From contig CAWGLD010000007.1 of assembly GCA_963823335.1 (NCBI GenBank), positions 345,409 to 409,408 on the forward strand: a stretch of 64,000 bases of DNA, read 5' to 3'. Shown here one piece after another: positions 1-10,462 of this stretch. The translations under genes were made by a program, and so were the position numbers. The DNA comes from an uncultured delta proteobacterium. GTDB lineage: Bacteria > Desulfobacterota > Desulfobacteria > Desulfobacterales > B30-G6. The notes beneath the pieces are model-generated. The model was not told the DNA's origin, ran no database searches, and saw nothing but the letters and a program-made list of their open reading frames with translations. Within the stretch, counting starts at the first letter, position 1. The number at the start of each line of letters is the position of its first letter.

Positions 1-1
1 T

Positions 2-841
2 GCCAATGAACGGCTCAAACAAAAATGGATACCCAGATGCATAAGCGGGGAAAGCATACTCGCCCTTGCCATGACGGAACCCGAGGTGGGTTCGGATATC
101 GCCCGACTGACGACTTCCGCCCGGCGAGAGGGCGACCATTATGTTGTCAATGGAAGCAAAACCTTTATCAGTAACGGCCAGTTGGCCGATGTATGTATCG
201 TGGCGGTACGAACCGCCGAAACCGATCGAGCCCATGATGGCATCAGTCTGTTACTTGTCGAGACAGATAGAAAAGGCTTTCACAAGGGCGCGAACCTGAA
301 AAAAATCGGTCTGCATGCTCAGGATACGTCTGAACTGTTTTTTAATGACTGCCGGGTTCCAATTGAAAACCTTCTGGGCGTTGAAGGATGCGGTTTCAAA
401 TACCTGATGGAAAACCTGCAACAGGAGCGGCTCTTATTGGCCATCGGCGCATGCGCTGCGGCCAGGGGTGCTTTCGATTTAACCTTAAAGTATGTCAAAA
501 AGCGCCGGGCTTTCGGGCAATCGCTTGGTGAATTTCAGAATACCCGCTTTAGCATGGCAGAGATGCTCACCAAAATTCAACTGGCCCAATCCTTCCTGGA
601 TGATTTGATCCCGAGACATATGGCGGGTGAAGACATCGTCAGTGAAGTCAGTATGGCCAAGTACTGGATAACGGATTTGCAGTTCGACGTGGCCCATCGT
701 TGCCTGCAGTTTTTTGGTGGTTACGGATACATGAAGGAATTCCCCATTTCACGGCATTTTGTTGACGCCCGGGTCCAAAGCATTTATGGAGGAAGCAATG
801 AAATCATGAAAGAGCTCATTGCGCGTCGGATGGGTCTATGA
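2..841 (+). CDS. Acyl-CoA dehydrogenase (5'-truncated by window edge)
   Basis: Frame is open from position 2. Motifs AMTEPEVGSD, NGSKTFISNG, FFGGYGYMKEFPI and IYGGSNEIMK are typical of ACAD. Confidence 0.95.
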   Translation, partial: ANERLKQKWIPRCISGESILALAMTEPEVGSDIARLTTSARREGDHYVVNGSKTFISNGQLADVCIVAVRTAETDRAHDGISLLLVETDRKGFHKGANLKKIGLHAQDTSELFFNDCRVPIENLLGVEGCGFKYLMENLQQERLLLAIGACAAARGAFDLTLKYVKKRRAFGQSLGEFQNTRFSMAEMLTKIQLAQSFLDDLIPRHMAGEDIVSEVSMAKYWITDLQFDVAHRCLQFFGGYGYMKEFPISRHFVDARVQSIYGGSNEIMKELIARRMGL

Positions 842-985
842 ATTTCCATCAGACATGACGATACAAAATTCTCGTATGCGGCCGCTGAAACCCGGTGTTA
901 TAAAACTTTAAAGGATAAATTAATTTGGATGCTTGTTTGGTTAATTATTAGAACCCATCTGAAAAATCGATCCGGCACCGCTTCG

Positions 986-2014
986 TTATTGCCCGCCGGA
1001 AAGCGATTTCACACCCAGTGTTTCGATCAAGCGGTTGATGTTTGTGGTTTTGAGATTCATTCCACCCTCCGAGACCGGCAACAGTATAATACGCTTTCCT
1101 TGAATCGCCTCGGCAATTCTCAGTTTTACAATCGCCTCGCCACCTGATCCGGCAAGCGCATTGTTCATTTCCTGGATTCCGGTCGCTTCTGCAATGCCTT
1201 CTGCCTGGATGGCTTTGGCGAGAAGCTGTTGCTGTTCCTGGTATACATCTGCCTCGATCTTGTCCTTGAGGTATTGACCGTCGGCATCCGCCACCATCTT
1301 GTTGACTTCGCCACGGGCTTCTTCCAGTTTTCGCTTGTATTCCTCTGCAGCGGCGTGCTGGGCCGACTTGTTCTTCTCCACCTGCTGATCAGCCACTTTC
1401 TTGTCCTCGATGGCTTTCTGATACTCGGGGTTGAAACGATAATCATTGGTCAGCACTTTCTCCACGACGATACCCATGGGCCCTAAGATCTCCTGAAGCG
1501 CCTCCTTGGCCTTGATCGCCTGGGCCTCCCGAGCATCGGCCACATAGAAGGCTTCCGTTTTAAGTTCGCCGAAAATGTCTCTCGGCTTGCTGCGGGCCAC
1601 GGTTCGGACAATTTTATCCCGCAGGGTTGCGTCATTGCGGGCCACGTACTGGAGGATGTGGGGAGCCATCTTCGCATCGATGCGGTAGGCGATGATCACA
1701 TCCAGGCTGATGTCGTTGCCGTCAATGGTTTTGAGTACCAGATCATCTCTGGATTTGCGGTCTCCCCGCACTTGCGAATATGTCATCTCAAGATTCTGCA
1801 GTTTGGTGTCAAAAACATCCCAGTCATTGATAAACGGCAGAAAAAAATAGGTGGCTCCCGGAGCGTAGGACCGGTCCTCAACGCCCTTTGGTCCGAAAAA
1901 AGCCATTTTACGGGTCCTGACCCCCACCTCTGTCTCCCCGGTGGTATGGGGGACACAACCGGCCACGGTTAACAGGGCCAGCAATATCACAATCCAGTAA
2001 AAAAAGTGTTTCAT
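986..2014 (-). CDS. SPFH (band 7/prohibitin) domain protein, probable lipoprotein
   Basis: Hydrophobic N-terminus ending VAGC (lipobox-like), SPFH-like core (LKTIDGNDISLDVIIAYRI), Ala/Glu-rich coiled coil. Overlaps the upstream SPFH gene by ATGA. Confidence 0.8.
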   Translation of the reverse strand: MKHFFYWIVILLALLTVAGCVPHTTGETEVGVRTRKMAFFGPKGVEDRSYAPGATYFFLPFINDWDVFDTKLQNLEMTYSQVRGDRKSRDDLVLKTIDGNDISLDVIIAYRIDAKMAPHILQYVARNDATLRDKIVRTVARSKPRDIFGELKTEAFYVADAREAQAIKAKEALQEILGPMGIVVEKVLTNDYRFNPEYQKAIEDKKVADQQVEKNKSAQHAAAEEYKRKLEEARGEVNKMVADADGQYLKDKIEADVYQEQQQLLAKAIQAEGIAEATGIQEMNNALAGSGGEAIVKLRIAEAIQGKRIILLPVSEGGMNLKTTNINRLIETLGVKSLSGGQ

Positions 2015-3111
2015 TTGCCGTCTCCTTTGCGAACATCGAATAATTGCAGGGTGTTGTCCAAATTCAGCGGGTTGACCCCGTCCGGACCGTCACTGGGCAG
2101 GATGATCACCTCGAGCCCCTGGTAGGCATCGGCCATTTTCAGACCCACCATCCGTTCGGAGCCGATCCCTTTCAGGGCCTCGTTTTTAAGGCGTACGCGT
2201 TCCGCTTCTGCCAGCTTCACCAGAAGGTCGGCTTCTGCTTTTTTCTTGCGAACGTAAAAATCCTTTTCAGCCATCTTGCGGGTGACATAGGCTTTGCCCT
2301 TTTCGAGCTCAACAGCGGCGATGACCATACCTTCTTGCACGATTTTCTTCAATTCGGCTTCTTCCTTGGCCGCACGGGCCGCCGCCTGATTGGTGAACAC
2401 CATCTGGTCCTGGAGTTTTTTTTCTTCGATGTTTTTCTGGATTTCTTTACTGTATATAAAATAGCGAACCAGCACCTGGTCTACCTCGAGACCTTTTAAA
2501 TTCAATTCTTTGTTGAGCCGTTGCTTGGCCTCTTCCGCTTTTTGGACTCGCATGGGGCTGTTATAAAATTCCTCGGTGGTCAGCTTACCCAGGGTCTCCT
2601 TGAGAGCCGGCTCTGCCTTGGGAATAATGCCGTTGTCTTCAAAAAGGGTTCCAGGACCGATGGTGGTAAAAACCATGTAGGGGTCCTTGATGTGGTAAAG
2701 AAAAGAAACGTCCACATCGACAAAAAAGCCATCCGATGTCTGAATGTGTGCCGCCCGGTCTTTGCGCGCCATCGCTGCGGCAGTATCGGGAAAATTGGTC
2801 AACTCCAGCACCTGAATGCCCTTGGGGAGCTGGTACATCTGCTGCAGCCCGAAGGGTAAAACAAACGTCAGGCCCGCCGGATAGATCTTTTTCTGAACGC
2901 CGCGGTTTATTCCGACTCTGGCCACCTTGATCCCGTATTTGTCCGGCTGCACATAAACGAAAAAGAGATTAAAGCCGATAACTATCAGCACGATCACCAC
3001 AATGAAGATCTTAACGCTGCCGGCCAGCCGGAGATTGAGCCGGGGAAACTTGAATCTTCCTATCCATTCATTGATGTTCGATGACATCTTGTCCATCGGG
3101 TCATTCTCCAT
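2011..3111 (-). CDS. SPFH (band 7/prohibitin) domain membrane protein
   Basis: Single TM helix, IQTSDGFFVDVDVSFLYHI SPFH core, coiled-coil tail. Confidence 0.8.
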   Translation of the reverse strand: MENDPMDKMSSNINEWIGRFKFPRLNLRLAGSVKIFIVVIVLIVIGFNLFFVYVQPDKYGIKVARVGINRGVQKKIYPAGLTFVLPFGLQQMYQLPKGIQVLELTNFPDTAAAMARKDRAAHIQTSDGFFVDVDVSFLYHIKDPYMVFTTIGPGTLFEDNGIIPKAEPALKETLGKLTTEEFYNSPMRVQKAEEAKQRLNKELNLKGLEVDQVLVRYFIYSKEIQKNIEEKKLQDQMVFTNQAAARAAKEEAELKKIVQEGMVIAAVELEKGKAYVTRKMAEKDFYVRKKKAEADLLVKLAEAERVRLKNEALKGIGSERMVGLKMADAYQGLEVIILPSDGPDGVNPLNLDNTLQLFDVRKGDGK

Positions 3112-3301
3112 GATCCATTTCTCCTTTCAAATCGTATCGCCTCGACTGACGAGGTTGATGGGTGTCTTATCGTTTGTTTCTCCTGAGGGAATGCGCTCGC
3201 TGTTTCGGTTCATTTCTTGATGGATTGATAGGATCATACAAGATGCATCGGGATCGATCAATAGCGTAACGTGACATCATTGCACGATAGAGCAGCCATG
3301 G

Positions 3302-4168
3302 CTACCCGAGTATCGGCCGGATCCATGCCGTCACCAACACAACGACCACACAGGCGAGCGCTCCAAACTGAATTCGCCACGCGAAGGGATATCGGACCAA
3401 CCGGTAATAGACGAGCCCCAGAGCCACACCCGACAAAAAGCCGAACAGATGGGCCATGATGTCCGTGTGGCTGGACGACCCTAAAAATGCCAGGAGAGCC
3501 AGACCGGCCCCCAAGGGCAGCAGGACCTGAAATCGGGAAAACGGTGTGTGTATTTTTTTCAGGAACTGGTAGGAAGACAGAAGACCCAGGGCGCCGAAAA
3601 CGGCGGTGGATGCACCGATGGAGCTGTGGCCGTACCCATACGCATAGGCATTGATGAGATTGCCGGATATGCCGGAGGCAAGAATCAGCAGCCACCCCAC
3701 CCCCCATCCAGTAATGGAACAGACCGCCGTGGCAAAAATTGCCATTCCCGCCAGATTCCCTGCCAGGTGCAGACTGTCTGCGTGAAGAAGCAGTGCTGTG
3801 GCGCAGCGGTACCATTCACCATTGACAACAAGGCCTGCGGACGATCCATACAACCTGTGCAACAGACCGGCATCATTCCCCGCCAGCGTAAGGCCTATAT
3901 GCAGGACCAGCAGAACGAACACACCCCCTGCACCTGACCAGGTTCTTGGGTACGTCTCCCCAAGAGATTTTTTTGAGGTTTTGAAGCCCTTGTTCTCCTC
4001 CAGATAGGTTTTCAACAGGCTTTCAGCCACTTCCGATGCATCTTCCGCAACCCACAGTGCCCAGTCCTTTTCCCCTCGCCGGATCTCATGGTCTATCCCC
4101 GAGGACAAAAGAACGAGTCCAAAAGTGTCTGCCTGTTCTCTGCTTAGATTGCCGAGAAGGATCTGCAT
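3302..4168 (-). CDS. Rhomboid-family intramembrane serine protease
   Basis: WYR, HADSLHLAGN, catalytic GAS (SIGASTAVFG) and AHLFGFLSG. Start placed at ATG 4168 after a GAGGGG RBS. Confidence 0.9.
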   Translation of the reverse strand: MQILLGNLSREQADTFGLVLLSSGIDHEIRRGEKDWALWVAEDASEVAESLLKTYLEENKGFKTSKKSLGETYPRTWSGAGGVFVLLVLHIGLTLAGNDAGLLHRLYGSSAGLVVNGEWYRCATALLLHADSLHLAGNLAGMAIFATAVCSITGWGVGWLLILASGISGNLINAYAYGYGHSSIGASTAVFGALGLLSSYQFLKKIHTPFSRFQVLLPLGAGLALLAFLGSSSHTDIMAHLFGFLSGVALGLVYYRLVRYPFAWRIQFGALACVVVVLVTAWIRPILG

Positions 4169-4205
4169 GCCGCTCCCCTCTTCGCACTGCTTCAGCACTT
4201 CGATA

Positions 4206-4257
4206 TTGAAGAACCTCGCAGTAAGCTACGAGGAATGTGCTCGCTTTTTCGGTTCAA
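4206..4257. repeat. 52-bp dispersed element (family E, TTGAAGAACCTCGCAG...CGGTTCAA)
   Basis: Similar copies at 48201-48252, 30711-30762 (inverted), 16834-16912 (inverted, with insert) and a partial copy at ~3185-3212. Ends are TTGAA/TTCAA. Confidence 0.8.
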
Positions 4258-4305
4258 TATTCCTTGTTCGACATTCTGCGGTTCAATAAAATATCCAACT
4301 GCCGA

Positions 4306-5289
4306 TTATAGACCGTGTCCTTCATTCAACCAGCAAGCCACCCTATGACCCACAGCAATTTCGACAAGTTTTGGCCGCTCCACCCGACAGCGGTCAAAAC
4401 AATACGGGCATCGCGTATGAAACAAGCAGCCGGAAGGCGGGTCCACCGGGCTGGGAATCTCTCCCTCCAGAGCAACGGGTAACTGTTTTCGGTGTGGATC
4501 CGGTATGGGGACTGCGGAAACAAGCGCCGCTGTATAGGGGTGCCGCTGGTTGCTGTCGAACATGCTGGACGACGCCATCTCCACGATAACACCCAGATAC
4601 ATGACGGCAACACGTTCACACATGTGACTGACGACACTCAAATCATGGGAAATGATCAGACTGGAAAAATCGAATGACGTCTTGAGGTCTGCCAGAAGAT
4701 TCAACACCTGGGCCTGAATGGACATATCGAGGGCGCTCACCGGTTCATCGGCAACAATCAGACTCGGGTTGAGACAAAGAGCCCTGGCAATACCGATACG
4801 TTGCCGCTCACCGCCTGAGAAAGCATGGGGGTACTTATCCAGATCAGCCGCCTTCAGACCGACCTTTTCCAGCAGGTTCACCGCCCTGGCGCGAAGTTCC
4901 TGCCTGCCGACCTTCTGAAACGCGCGCAGGGGCTCCGTAACGATCGACGCCACCGTCATCCTTGGATCCAGGCTCGCGTGGGGATCCTGAAAAACCATCT
5001 GTACATCCCGGCGAAGAGGTCGCATCTCTCTTCGATTCAACCGGGTAATTTCAACACCATTGAGCCGGATTTCACCGGAAGTAGGCTCCAGCAACCGGAG
5101 TATGATGCGCCCCAAGGTGGTTTTACCGCAGCCGGATTCCCCCACCAGACCGAAATTTTCACCTTTGTGTATCTGGAAAGAGACACCATCGATGGCTTTT
5201 ATCCAGGATTTCGGCTTTGACCAGAGACCCGTCGCCACAGGAAAGTATTTAACGATATCCTGAACGTCAAGTAGGGGCTTTTGTGGCAT
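4306..5289 (-). CDS. Oligopeptide/dipeptide ABC transporter ATP-binding protein (OppF/DppF-like)
   Basis: GESGCGKT, FSGGERQR, IVADEP and C-terminal HPYT...CxFHTRC...C...VACW. Confidence 0.95.
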   Translation of the reverse strand: MPQKPLLDVQDIVKYFPVATGLWSKPKSWIKAIDGVSFQIHKGENFGLVGESGCGKTTLGRIILRLLEPTSGEIRLNGVEITRLNRREMRPLRRDVQMVFQDPHASLDPRMTVASIVTEPLRAFQKVGRQELRARAVNLLEKVGLKAADLDKYPHAFSGGERQRIGIARALCLNPSLIVADEPVSALDMSIQAQVLNLLADLKTSFDFSSLIISHDLSVVSHMCERVAVMYLGVIVEMASSSMFDSNQRHPYTAALVSAVPIPDPHRKQLPVALEGEIPSPVDPPSGCLFHTRCPYCFDRCRVERPKLVEIAVGHRVACWLNEGHGL

Positions 5290-5413
5290 GTCAGTTATGT
5301 TCCTTCCTATAACATATAGCCTTTTAGGGGGTTGGACTGTAGGCTATAGGCCGCTTATTGCCGATAGATTTTTACTCTCGAACCCTTGTATCACCCTCGG
5401 ACCCTGGACCCTG

Positions 5414-6397
5414 TCATACACCATAAAGCCAGCACCGCGCCTGCTGGCCATCCTGAACACGTAACAGGACAGGTCTTTTTTGCCTGCAGGGTTCGAAGAC
5501 CTCAGGGCATCTGTCTGCAAACCTGCACCCGTATATGGGTTTGTCCAGGGACGGCAGCGAACCCCGTATCTCCTGCAAGCGCGCTCCAGGTCCATCTGCG
5601 GACCGCCCCATACGGGGTATGGATTTCAGCAAACCCTTTGTATATGGATGCGCAGGTCTGTCAAATATGTCGATAACCGTCGCCGTCTCTACAACCTGTC
5701 CGGCATACATTACCACCACCCGATTGGCCGTCTGGGCCACGATGCCCAGGTCGTGTGTTATGAACAGTACCGACATCTTGAGCTCTGTCTTGAGATTCTC
5801 GATAAGGGTGAGTATTTGGGCCTGCGTACTCACATCCAGCGCAGTGGTGGGTTCGTCCGCAATCAGCAGAGCGGGTCTGCAGATCATGGCCATGGCTATC
5901 ATCACACGCTGCCGCATACCCCCGGAAAGCTGGAAGGGATATTCCCTGATCCGCCTCCCGGCCATGGGTATGTTGACACGTTCCAGCCATGCCTCTGCCG
6001 AAATGTAGGCTTCGGTTTTTGACAGCCCCTGGTGAACCATGAGGGGTTCGGCGATCTGTCTACCCACAGGCAGAATCGGATTGAGAGATGTCATAGGCTC
6101 CTGAAAAACCATGGAGATCTCATTACCCCGCAACCGACGCAGTGCTTGCGGGCTGATGTTCAGAAGATCTTGCCCTCTGAACAGAATACGCCCTGAGTCC
6201 ACGACACCCGTTGACCTATCCACCAAGCCGAGAATACTCAGAGCGGTTACACTTTTGCCACATCCGGATTCGCCCACAAGCCCCAGGGTCTCTCCTTCTT
6301 GCAGGGAGAAGGAGACATGCTCCACCGCACCCTTAACACCTTGCGGTGTATGAAAGGAAACCGACAGATCCTGGATTTCCAGAAGCGTTGCGGGCAT
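5414..6397 (-). CDS. Oligopeptide/dipeptide ABC transporter ATP-binding protein (OppD/DppD-like)
   Basis: GESGCGKS, YPFQLSGGMRQR, LIADEPTTALD, HPYT and C-terminal Cys motif. Confidence 0.95.
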   Translation of the reverse strand: MPATLLEIQDLSVSFHTPQGVKGAVEHVSFSLQEGETLGLVGESGCGKSVTALSILGLVDRSTGVVDSGRILFRGQDLLNISPQALRRLRGNEISMVFQEPMTSLNPILPVGRQIAEPLMVHQGLSKTEAYISAEAWLERVNIPMAGRRIREYPFQLSGGMRQRVMIAMAMICRPALLIADEPTTALDVSTQAQILTLIENLKTELKMSVLFITHDLGIVAQTANRVVVMYAGQVVETATVIDIFDRPAHPYTKGLLKSIPRMGRSADGPGARLQEIRGSLPSLDKPIYGCRFADRCPEVFEPCRQKRPVLLRVQDGQQARCWLYGV

Positions 6398-6576
6398 GGT
6401 GATTATCCTTTTAGCGGTAAGTTTTAGGTTTTAAGTAGCTTACAGCTTAGTGCTTAGTGCTCAACTTTCGGGTTTCACCGCAGATAGAGCAAAATGGGTG
6501 ATCCAATGGCGATTTGCGCTGTTTGAGCCAATTAGGGGATGATTCATTTCGCGTTTCCTGAATCCCGAAAGTTGAG

Positions 6577-7392
6577 TTATAGCATATACGGATCCAGATT
6601 GTCCCGGATACCATCGCCCAGCAGGTTGAAACCGAGCACGGTCCAGGCAATGGCAATACCCGGAAATATGGACATCCAGGGTGATATTTCCATGAATGTT
6701 TGAGCTTCGTAGAGCATTCTGCCCCACGAGGCATGCGGTGGTTGGGTACCGAGCCCCAGATAACTCAAACCAGCCTCGGCCAAAATAGCGACGGCAAATT
6801 GAATGGTGGCCTGGACAATCAGAGGGGACATTAAATTGGGCAGTACATGCCGGACGGTGATATCCCAGTCACTGGCACCGCTGGCCCGGGCAGCATCGAT
6901 AAATTCCCGCCCCCACAGGGTCAGGGCCACAGCCCTGGTGAGTCTGGCAAAAACAGGAATGTAAAAAATACCGATGGCCACCATGACATTGCCCACAGAA
7001 GGCCCCCATATGGCGGAAATAAGTATGGCTGTCAGAACGGCGGGGAACCCGAAAAGAAGGTCGGAAAAGCGCATAATGGACTCGTCCGCCCATTTCCCGA
7101 AATAGGCCGCGATCAAACCCAGAACAACACCTGCCATCATACCGATGGCAACAGTGGCCAGTCCCACAAGAATCGAATTGACGGAACCTACCATGACACG
7201 GGACATAATATCCCGTCCGTACTGATCCGTACCCAGCAGATACTGGAAAGACGGCGCCTCCAGTCGGTGGCCGGGATTCATTGTGTTGGCCTCGTAAGGC
7301 GTCCAGACAAGGCTGATGGCTGCTGTCAAAAGAACCACGGCAGTTAAGACAACACCACATCTGAAGTTAAACTTTTTGAAATGCTTCTTCAT
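6577..7392 (-). CDS. Peptide ABC transporter permease (OppC/DppC-like)
   Basis: LLGTDQYGRD, EAA loop (EFIDAARASG), AGLSYLGLG, FNLLGDGIRD. Confidence 0.95.
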   Translation of the reverse strand: MKKHFKKFNFRCGVVLTAVVLLTAAISLVWTPYEANTMNPGHRLEAPSFQYLLGTDQYGRDIMSRVMVGSVNSILVGLATVAIGMMAGVVLGLIAAYFGKWADESIMRFSDLLFGFPAVLTAILISAIWGPSVGNVMVAIGIFYIPVFARLTRAVALTLWGREFIDAARASGASDWDITVRHVLPNLMSPLIVQATIQFAVAILAEAGLSYLGLGTQPPHASWGRMLYEAQTFMEISPWMSIFPGIAIAWTVLGFNLLGDGIRDNLDPYML

Positions 7393-8336
7393 CTCTCGAG
7401 TCTTATTCTGGGGTCGATGAAAGCATATGCCAGATCCACGAGAAAGTGAACGATGACCACCGCCGCTGCCATAAACAGGACAATTTCCCTGACGACCGGC
7501 AAATCCCTTTGCCCGATGGCCTGGAACACCAGACGCCCAAGCCCGGGCAGGTAAAAAACATTTTCAATGATGATGGCACCGGCCAACAACTGACCCATCT
7601 GAAGACCCAGAATGGTCAGCACGGGTATAAGGGCATTCCTCAAGGCATGCACATACAGAACGGTTCTTTCCCTAAGCCCCTTTGCCCGTGCAGTGCGGAT
7701 ATAATCCTCCTGCAGCACATCCAGAACAGATGAACGCGTTACGCGGGTGAGAATGGATGCTCTAACAACCCCCAGGGCGAATGCGGGCAGGAGCAGGGAC
7801 TTGAAAGAACCCTGGAAATCCGCCAACCAGCCGGGGAAACCACCTGCCGGAAACACTCCCAGCTTAACGGAAAAAAAGAGTATCAACAAAATTCCCAGCC
7901 AGAATTCAGGTGTTGCCAGACCCAGCTGTGTAAATGTCATCACCGAAATATCACCGCTTCGATTCTGGTGACGCGCCGCAAATATCCCCAGGGGCAGAGA
8001 AATGGCCACGGCGATCAGCATGGCCATGAGTGCCAGTGGACCCGTGACGGCCAGGCGCGAAATGATCAGATCGAACACCGGTATGTCATAATGAATGGAG
8101 CGACTGCCAATACCGGAAAGGGTGCGACCGATCCAGTCAACATACTGAACCCGGAAGGGTCGGTCGAGCCCCAGCTCACTTCTCAGATTGGCCAGGGTTT
8201 CCGGCGTGGCATTGATGCCCAGCATAATCTGGGCCGGATCACCAGGCAGGATAAACAGGACCGCGAAAACAATCCATGACACCAGGAACAGAAGAATACC
8301 AAGGGTGAGGATTTTTTTAATGATATATTTAGACAT
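7389..8336 (-). CDS. Peptide ABC transporter permease (OppB/DppB-like)
   Basis: PGDPA, DYIRTARAKGL, HALRNA, DPRIR. Confidence 0.95.
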   Translation of the reverse strand: MSKYIIKKILTLGILLFLVSWIVFAVLFILPGDPAQIMLGINATPETLANLRSELGLDRPFRVQYVDWIGRTLSGIGSRSIHYDIPVFDLIISRLAVTGPLALMAMLIAVAISLPLGIFAARHQNRSGDISVMTFTQLGLATPEFWLGILLILFFSVKLGVFPAGGFPGWLADFQGSFKSLLLPAFALGVVRASILTRVTRSSVLDVLQEDYIRTARAKGLRERTVLYVHALRNALIPVLTILGLQMGQLLAGAIIIENVFYLPGLGRLVFQAIGQRDLPVVREIVLFMAAAVVIVHFLVDLAYAFIDPRIRLER

Positions 8337-8354
8337 ATCGAATTGATGAAACTT

Positions 8355-8531
8355 TAAATTCGAAAACCGAAATCCGTATGAAATATCCCGACGGGGATAA
8401 ACAAATTCTAATATGGAATGCTCAAATGACCAAAACTTGACTCAAGAATTATGATCTGAATGACTTGTTTAAAGCATTCGTGTTTAGGTCATTATAGATT
8501 GTTTAGGATTTGGAATTTCGTGCTTCGTATT
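8355..8531. repeat. Long imperfect inverted repeat, family C (AAATxCGAAA...CAAATGACCAAAAC / GTTTAGGATTTxGAATTTCGTGCTTCG)
   Basis: Same architecture at 52994-53148 and 55178-55338. Confidence 0.7.
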
Positions 8532-8854
8532 TACGGATCTTCTCCCAATAAGTTGGGAGAAAGGGTTCAAGGAGTCCAGGATTCAAGGATTCAAGTGTTT
8601 GTTTTCCAGGGATGTGATCATGGCTTTTAGCATTCTCTCTTCATCCCCAAGCGCCTCTCTTAATTCCTGAAGCTTTTCCTTGTTCATATAATCCAAATCA
8701 CCGGATATCATCGTCTGCGTTTCCAATTCACAACCTTTAACTCTTTATAATTTTTAAGTATTCAGCTGGTGCCTCACGTCATCTCACTCGAACCCTGGAC
8801 CCCTAGAATCCTTGAATCCTTAATTTGGATCAACTCTTTGGGAGATGATCCGTA
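8532..8854. mobile_element. MITE-like cassette carrying a four-helix-bundle relic
   Basis: Terminal inverted repeats TACGGATCTTCTCCCAA / TTGGGAGATGATCCGTA (16/17 match), TA at both ends, internal inverted octamer arrays. Confidence 0.65.
8583..8761 (-). pseudogene. Internally deleted four-helix-bundle protein gene (23S rRNA IVP/bAvd-like family)
   Basis: Minus strand reads (I)LKNYKELKV, then out of frame CELETQTMISGDLDYMNKEKLQELREALGDEERMLKAMITSLENKHLNP*. These match the family N- and C-termini with the middle missing. Confidence 0.75.
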
Positions 8855-8855
8855 T

Positions 8856-10352
8856 TTACTTCTTCAGCCACACCCGGGTACAATCCAGGGCCACGGTGGG
8901 ATAGTTCTCCCACCAGCCCATGACGTTGCTTTTCATGGTCGGCAACCCCGAGGCCGAAAACAGATAGCCGTTGACGGCATCATCGGCGATAATCTCCTGG
9001 CACCGGCCGAACCATTTGGCTTTCTCTGTTTCATTAGGAGCTTTCAGGGCCATTGCATAGGCATCCCTGAACGCCTGAGAGTCATACTGAAAGTAATAAT
9101 CCGGATTGGCATAGATGCCGATATCCCAGGCTTCCACATGACCGATCATGGTCAGCTGGTATTCTCTTTTCTTGAAAATCCGCTCAATCCACTGACCCCA
9201 TTCCACAATTTCGATCTTCAAACGGATACCGACCTTCCCGAGCATGTCCGCAATGACTTCCCCCGCTCTTTTGGAGTAGCTGTAGATGGCCGGCAGTTTG
9301 ATGGTGGCATCAAAACCATCCGGGAAACCTGCTGCGGCCAGCAATTCTCTGGCTTTTTCCGGGTTATAGGAAAACTTTTCCGTTAAATCGACATAATAGG
9401 GTGTCGACGGGGACCAGTGCGAACCAATAGGTGTGCCATAGCCGAACATCACCAGATCGACAACCGTCTGCCGGTCGATGGCATATGCCATGGCTTGTCG
9501 CACACGCACATCATCAAACGGTTTGGCTTTATTGTTGGTGGACATGATGACTTCGCCGGTGGTCGAGCCGGCAAAAACCTTGAACCGTGGATCCTTTGAA
9601 AGTGCCATCACCGACTCCGGAGCCCCGATATAACCGATGACATCGATATCACCGGCTTTAAGCGCCGCTATCTGAGCGCTGTCATCACCGATAAATTTGA
9701 AGACCACCCTGTCCAGATACGGAAGCGCCGGATCCCAGTAATCGTCAAACCGCTGCATTTCAACGCGATCTCCCCGCAGCCAGGTGACAAATCTGAAGGG
9801 TCCGGTTCCGATGGGGTTCGACTTGGCCGACGCGTAACCCTTCATGGGGAGCATCACGGCATCTCCTTCAGCCATGTGAGCAATGAAAAGGGCATCCACT
9901 TCCTTGAGTACGATACGAAGGGTATGGGTACCCATGATATCAATCTTCTGGATGCCCCTGAAATACTCCGGATGCGGATTGACGGTCCCCTCACCCATGG
10001 CACGTTCGAGATTCCATTTGGCTACCGGGGCATCGAACACTTCACCGTTGTGAAAGCGCACCTCTTTTCGAAGATTGAAATCATAGCTAAGCCCGTCCGC
10101 TGACACCGACCAGTCCGTGGCCAGTCCCGGTACAAACCGGCCGTTACTGTCAACTTTGATGAGCCCTTCAAAAATATTTGCATACACCACCCTGTCGATG
10201 GCGGCGGCTGTGTTGGCTGTCGGATCCAGACCCGGCGGTTCCGCAGGCTGGCAGACAGTCAGGCTGCCGCCCTTTTGGGGATCGGATGCCAGGGCATGCA
10301 ACACAGGAAGAACAAAAACCAGCAACAGAACGAGAAATGTAATTTTCTTCAT
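8856..10352 (-). CDS. ABC transporter substrate-binding protein, family 5 (peptide/nickel type)
   Basis: Signal peptide, LDP, PGLATDW...FHNG, PIGTGPF, DVRVRQAMAYAIDR. Confidence 0.95.
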   Translation of the reverse strand: MKKITFLVLLLVFVLPVLHALASDPQKGGSLTVCQPAEPPGLDPTANTAAAIDRVVYANIFEGLIKVDSNGRFVPGLATDWSVSADGLSYDFNLRKEVRFHNGEVFDAPVAKWNLERAMGEGTVNPHPEYFRGIQKIDIMGTHTLRIVLKEVDALFIAHMAEGDAVMLPMKGYASAKSNPIGTGPFRFVTWLRGDRVEMQRFDDYWDPALPYLDRVVFKFIGDDSAQIAALKAGDIDVIGYIGAPESVMALSKDPRFKVFAGSTTGEVIMSTNNKAKPFDDVRVRQAMAYAIDRQTVVDLVMFGYGTPIGSHWSPSTPYYVDLTEKFSYNPEKARELLAAAGFPDGFDATIKLPAIYSYSKRAGEVIADMLGKVGIRLKIEIVEWGQWIERIFKKREYQLTMIGHVEAWDIGIYANPDYYFQYDSQAFRDAYAMALKAPNETEKAKWFGRCQEIIADDAVNGYLFSASGLPTMKSNVMGWWENYPTVALDCTRVWLKK

Positions 10353-10462
10353 GGTGTCTCCTCATGGGCTCTGATGTGAACAATCTACAGCGCGTCAGCA
10401 GTCTTTTGACAATGACCGATGGACTATAGGGTATTTTTCGATGATATTCAAGGAGATAAGTC

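Noticed and set aside
8583-8761. Diversity-generating retroelement suggested by the Avd-like four-helix-bundle relic
   Set aside because: No reverse transcriptase and no TR/VR pair seen in the window.
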